Of a stretch of 32,000 nucleotides of DNA, positions 29,651 through 32,000 are shown piece by piece (position 1 is the stretch's first letter; each line of letters opens with the position of its first letter). This DNA is from Wolbachia endosymbiont of Dirofilaria (Dirofilaria) immitis (GTDB taxonomy: Bacteria; Pseudomonadota; Alphaproteobacteria; Rickettsiales; Anaplasmataceae): assembly GCF_013365455.1 (NCBI RefSeq), contig NZ_CP046578.1, forward strand, positions 840,001 through 872,000. Direction: 5' to 3'. A program made the position numbers and the translations under genes. A model generated the notes under the pieces. The model had not been told where the DNA came from. It ran no database searches and saw only the letters and a list, made by a program, of their open reading frames with translations.

Positions 29651-29817
29651 ACAGTTGCTTATGAGCAATAAACTAACTTAGGCTAAGATATAAGAAGTGC
29701 TAAGCCATTGTCAAGAAGCTATATTATAGTATATACATTCCATATGTATAAAAATTTTAGTTTGATCAAAATAGACAAAAGATGTATTGATGTTTGGTAT
29801 AAATTAAAAAATGAAGT

Positions 29818-29890
29818 GATCCCGTAGCTCAGCCGGTAGAGCAACTGACTTTTAATCAGTAGGTCGCGCGTTCGACCCGCGCCGGGATCA
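29818..29890 (+). tRNA. tRNA-Lys (anticodon TTT)
   Basis: GATCCCGTAGCTCAGCCGGTAGAGCAACTGACTTTTAATCAGTAGGTCGCGCGTTCGACCCGCGCCGGGATCA, full cloverleaf, anticodon loop CTTTTAA. Confidence 0.97.
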
Positions 29891-30429
29891 TCAAATATGT
29901 TTTATAAGCTTCTTTTATAATGTTCTTAGTATAATAGCATATTTAAATTGCCTACAAATATAGCTTTCCACTTCTAACTGTTTACTTTGAAATTCTCACT
30001 TTCTTCCTATAATTTATAATTTTTACCAATTTTCCAAAAAAGTAAGCACCTATTTATAATTTTAAGAAAAGCAAATAAATTCTTGTAACCCTAAAAGGAC
30101 TAACTTCTTAACATAATTGATTTACTAAATTAGCAATATAACTATACGTTATTTTTCCTATGGAATTAATATTTCTTTAGTCATAGTACAGCGAAGATAA
30201 TAGTTAAGACAAAAATCATATAATATAAACAGTTACTAGAAATGTAATATATAACAAGTACTAAAATAGAATGTCAAAGCTGAGAAATTAGACAAGAATA
30301 GACTTAATATAAATTACAAACTCAATAATCAATTTAGTTACTAAATATATCTGTCAAGGATAAGTTACAAGAATAATAAAGTTTTTAATAAAAAAGGAGC
30401 TAATATTAACGATTAAAGAAAGTGATTAC

Positions 30430-30927
30430 TTAGAAACTTTGCTGTAGCTCCCCCATATACTAATCACCAATATCTCCATCAACCTTAGCTCTCGAAGTTA
30501 ACTGCACTAGAACACATCAAATACTTAACAATATGCAAAGCTTGTTCACTAATATCTGGCTTGAAACCACTAAACCATCAGTGTTCACCTCAAGCTTACA
30601 AGTATACATGATATCCAACGCATGCTCTGCATCAATAACAATAAACGCACATAATTCTCCCTTTCTTCTGCAATCACATGCAAAGCAAGAATAGTTTTAC
30701 AGAACTCTCAGAACTGAATACCTCAATTATCATCCCTTTAGCAACCCTTCAATGCTAAGAGCTAAATTAACGCAATCGACCTTGTGAACATCGTGTCTAT
30801 TCCTCTACAAGATTTTGCCTAAATTTCATTATTGAATCACTACCAAACGCTTTTTCAATTTAACTTATTACACATTGTCTAATGCTCTTCGTTTATTATT
30901 ATCTCTTTCCTCTGAGCTGCTTGCCAT
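30430..30927 (-). pseudogene. recA: Degraded recA, N-terminal half only
   Basis: Piecewise translation from 30927: MASSSEERDNNKRRALDNV** / FGSDSIMKF / LALSIEGLLKGMIIEVFSSESSVK / LALHVIAE / CAFIVIDAEHALDIMYTCKLEVNTDGLVVS / PDISEQALHIVKYLMCSSAVNF / AKVDGDIGD*YMGELQ; colinear with RecA through the GDMGDxHMGLQA region. Confidence 0.92.
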
Positions 30928-31067
30928 GAATCATTTATTAATTATATAACCTTCATATTAATCGAATATTAATAACTTGCCAAGGGTTTTCTAACAACAA
31001 GAAACATTATCATAAAAAATTAGCTACCAAAAATTACATTAAAATAGAAATCAAACAGGCATTTATA

Positions 31068-31805
31068 ATGCGATATAAAATAATAACAGAATACAATGGC
31101 AGTAGCTTCTCTGGTTGGCAGAAACAGCAGCACTCTGCTAACTCAATCCAGGAAACTATAGAAAACGCAATATTTAACTTCAGTGGCGAGAAAACTACTT
31201 TATACTGCGGCGGAAGAACTGATGCAGGAGTTCATGCTTTAGGGCAAGTTGCTCATTTTGATATGGAAAGAGAATTTGAATCCCATAAAATAAGGAATGC
31301 AATAAATTATTACCTAAAATCGATTCCTGTAGTTATCCTTGATGTAGAAATTGTAGATAATGCATTTCACTCGCGATTTTCAGCAAAAAAAAGACATTAT
31401 GAGTACAGAATAATTAATCGCTATGCCCCTACAGCTTTAGAAGCTGGTTATGTGTGGCAAGTGTTTAACCCACTCGATGTAGATATCATGCGTAAGGCCG
31501 CCAAACACTTACTCGGAAAGCATAATCTTTCAAGCTTCCGTTCAAAAAACTGTCAAGCTAAAAACCCGATAAGAACAATCGATGATATTGAGATAACCCA
31601 AAATGGAAACCATATATACATTAAAATATCCGCTATTTCTTTCTTACATAATCAAGTGAGGATTATTGTCGGTACTTTAGTTAAATTCGGGAAAAATAGA
31701 ACTAATCCACAAGAAATGTTAAATATATTAAATCAACATAAAAGAAAGGCTGCTGGAGTTACTGCACCGCCTTGTGGTTTATACTTGGTAAAAATAGATT
31801 ACTAG
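31068..31805 (+). CDS. truA: tRNA pseudouridine(38-40) synthase TruA
   Basis: EYNGSSFSGWQKQQHSANSIQETIENA, YCGGRTDAGVHALGQVAHFD, FHSRFSAKKRHYEYRI, FLHNQVRIIVGTLVKFG. Confidence 0.97.
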   Translation: MRYKIITEYNGSSFSGWQKQQHSANSIQETIENAIFNFSGEKTTLYCGGRTDAGVHALGQVAHFDMEREFESHKIRNAINYYLKSIPVVILDVEIVDNAFHSRFSAKKRHYEYRIINRYAPTALEAGYVWQVFNPLDVDIMRKAAKHLLGKHNLSSFRSKNCQAKNPIRTIDDIEITQNGNHIYIKISAISFLHNQVRIIVGTLVKFGKNRTNPQEMLNILNQHKRKAAGVTAPPCGLYLVKIDY

Positions 31806-31809
31806 CAGC

Positions 31810-32000
31810 TTAAATTCTTATTGGCATTACTACATATAATGCATTTGGATCATTTTCATCAGTGATAATTGCAGCACTGTTACTATCAACCAAGGTAAAT
31901 TTACATTTATCTTTTATACAAGATAAAGCATCAAGCAAATACCGCGAATTAAATCCTATTTCTATAGGGGCTCCATTATAATTTACCTCTATAGATTCAG
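31810..32000 (-). CDS. dnaN: DNA polymerase III beta clamp, C-terminus (partial, runs off right edge)
   Basis: Reverse complement gives ESIEVNYNGAPIEIGFNSRYLLDALSCIKDKCKFTLVDSNSAAIITDENDPNALYVVMPIRI*, the typical beta clamp C-terminus (IGFNxRYLLDAL ... VMPxRx). Not in the ORF track. Confidence 0.92.
   Translation of the reverse strand, partial: ESIEVNYNGAPIEIGFNSRYLLDALSCIKDKCKFTLVDSNSAAIITDENDPNALYVVMPIRI

Noticed and set aside
1-32000. CRISPR array, transposase, prophage, toxin-antitoxin or defence system
   Set aside because: No regularly spaced repeats, cas-like proteins, transposase motifs or paired small toxin/antitoxin ORFs were seen; nearly all intact genes are ordinary core genes.

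Overview
This AT-rich 32 kb window looks like chromosomal DNA from an obligate intracellular alphaproteobacterium of the Anaplasmataceae. It is probably Wolbachia-like, judged from protein character only with no database search. Intact or near-intact genes are topA (3' part, entering from the left edge), trhO, an fbpB-like Fe3+ ABC permease, apaG, purK, asd, two tandem APC-family permeases, elbB, ffh, a MrpD/NuoM-like subunit, a GltD-like flavoprotein, fabZ-skp-bamA-rseP, sdhE, rpsA, tRNA-Ala(TGC), tRNA-Lys(TTT), truA and the 3' end of dnaN (minus strand, right edge). I found no CRISPR array, transposon, toxin-antitoxin pair, prophage module or defence system, and no convincing new system. The main observation is that several gaps and split ORFs in the ORF track are eroded housekeeping genes. 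A recA relic on the minus strand (~30430-30927) has frameshifts, stops, a damaged Walker A and no C-terminal half. An ihfB/HU-family relic (27462-27734) lies directly upstream of rpsA. ispH (10945-11878) is broken by three single-base frameshifts. Weaker items are a GltD-like protein ending inside its ferredoxin-reductase-like domain, an unassigned decayed plus-strand ORF cluster with a G7 tract (~14580-15288), long non-coding stretches, and one clear intrinsic terminator.
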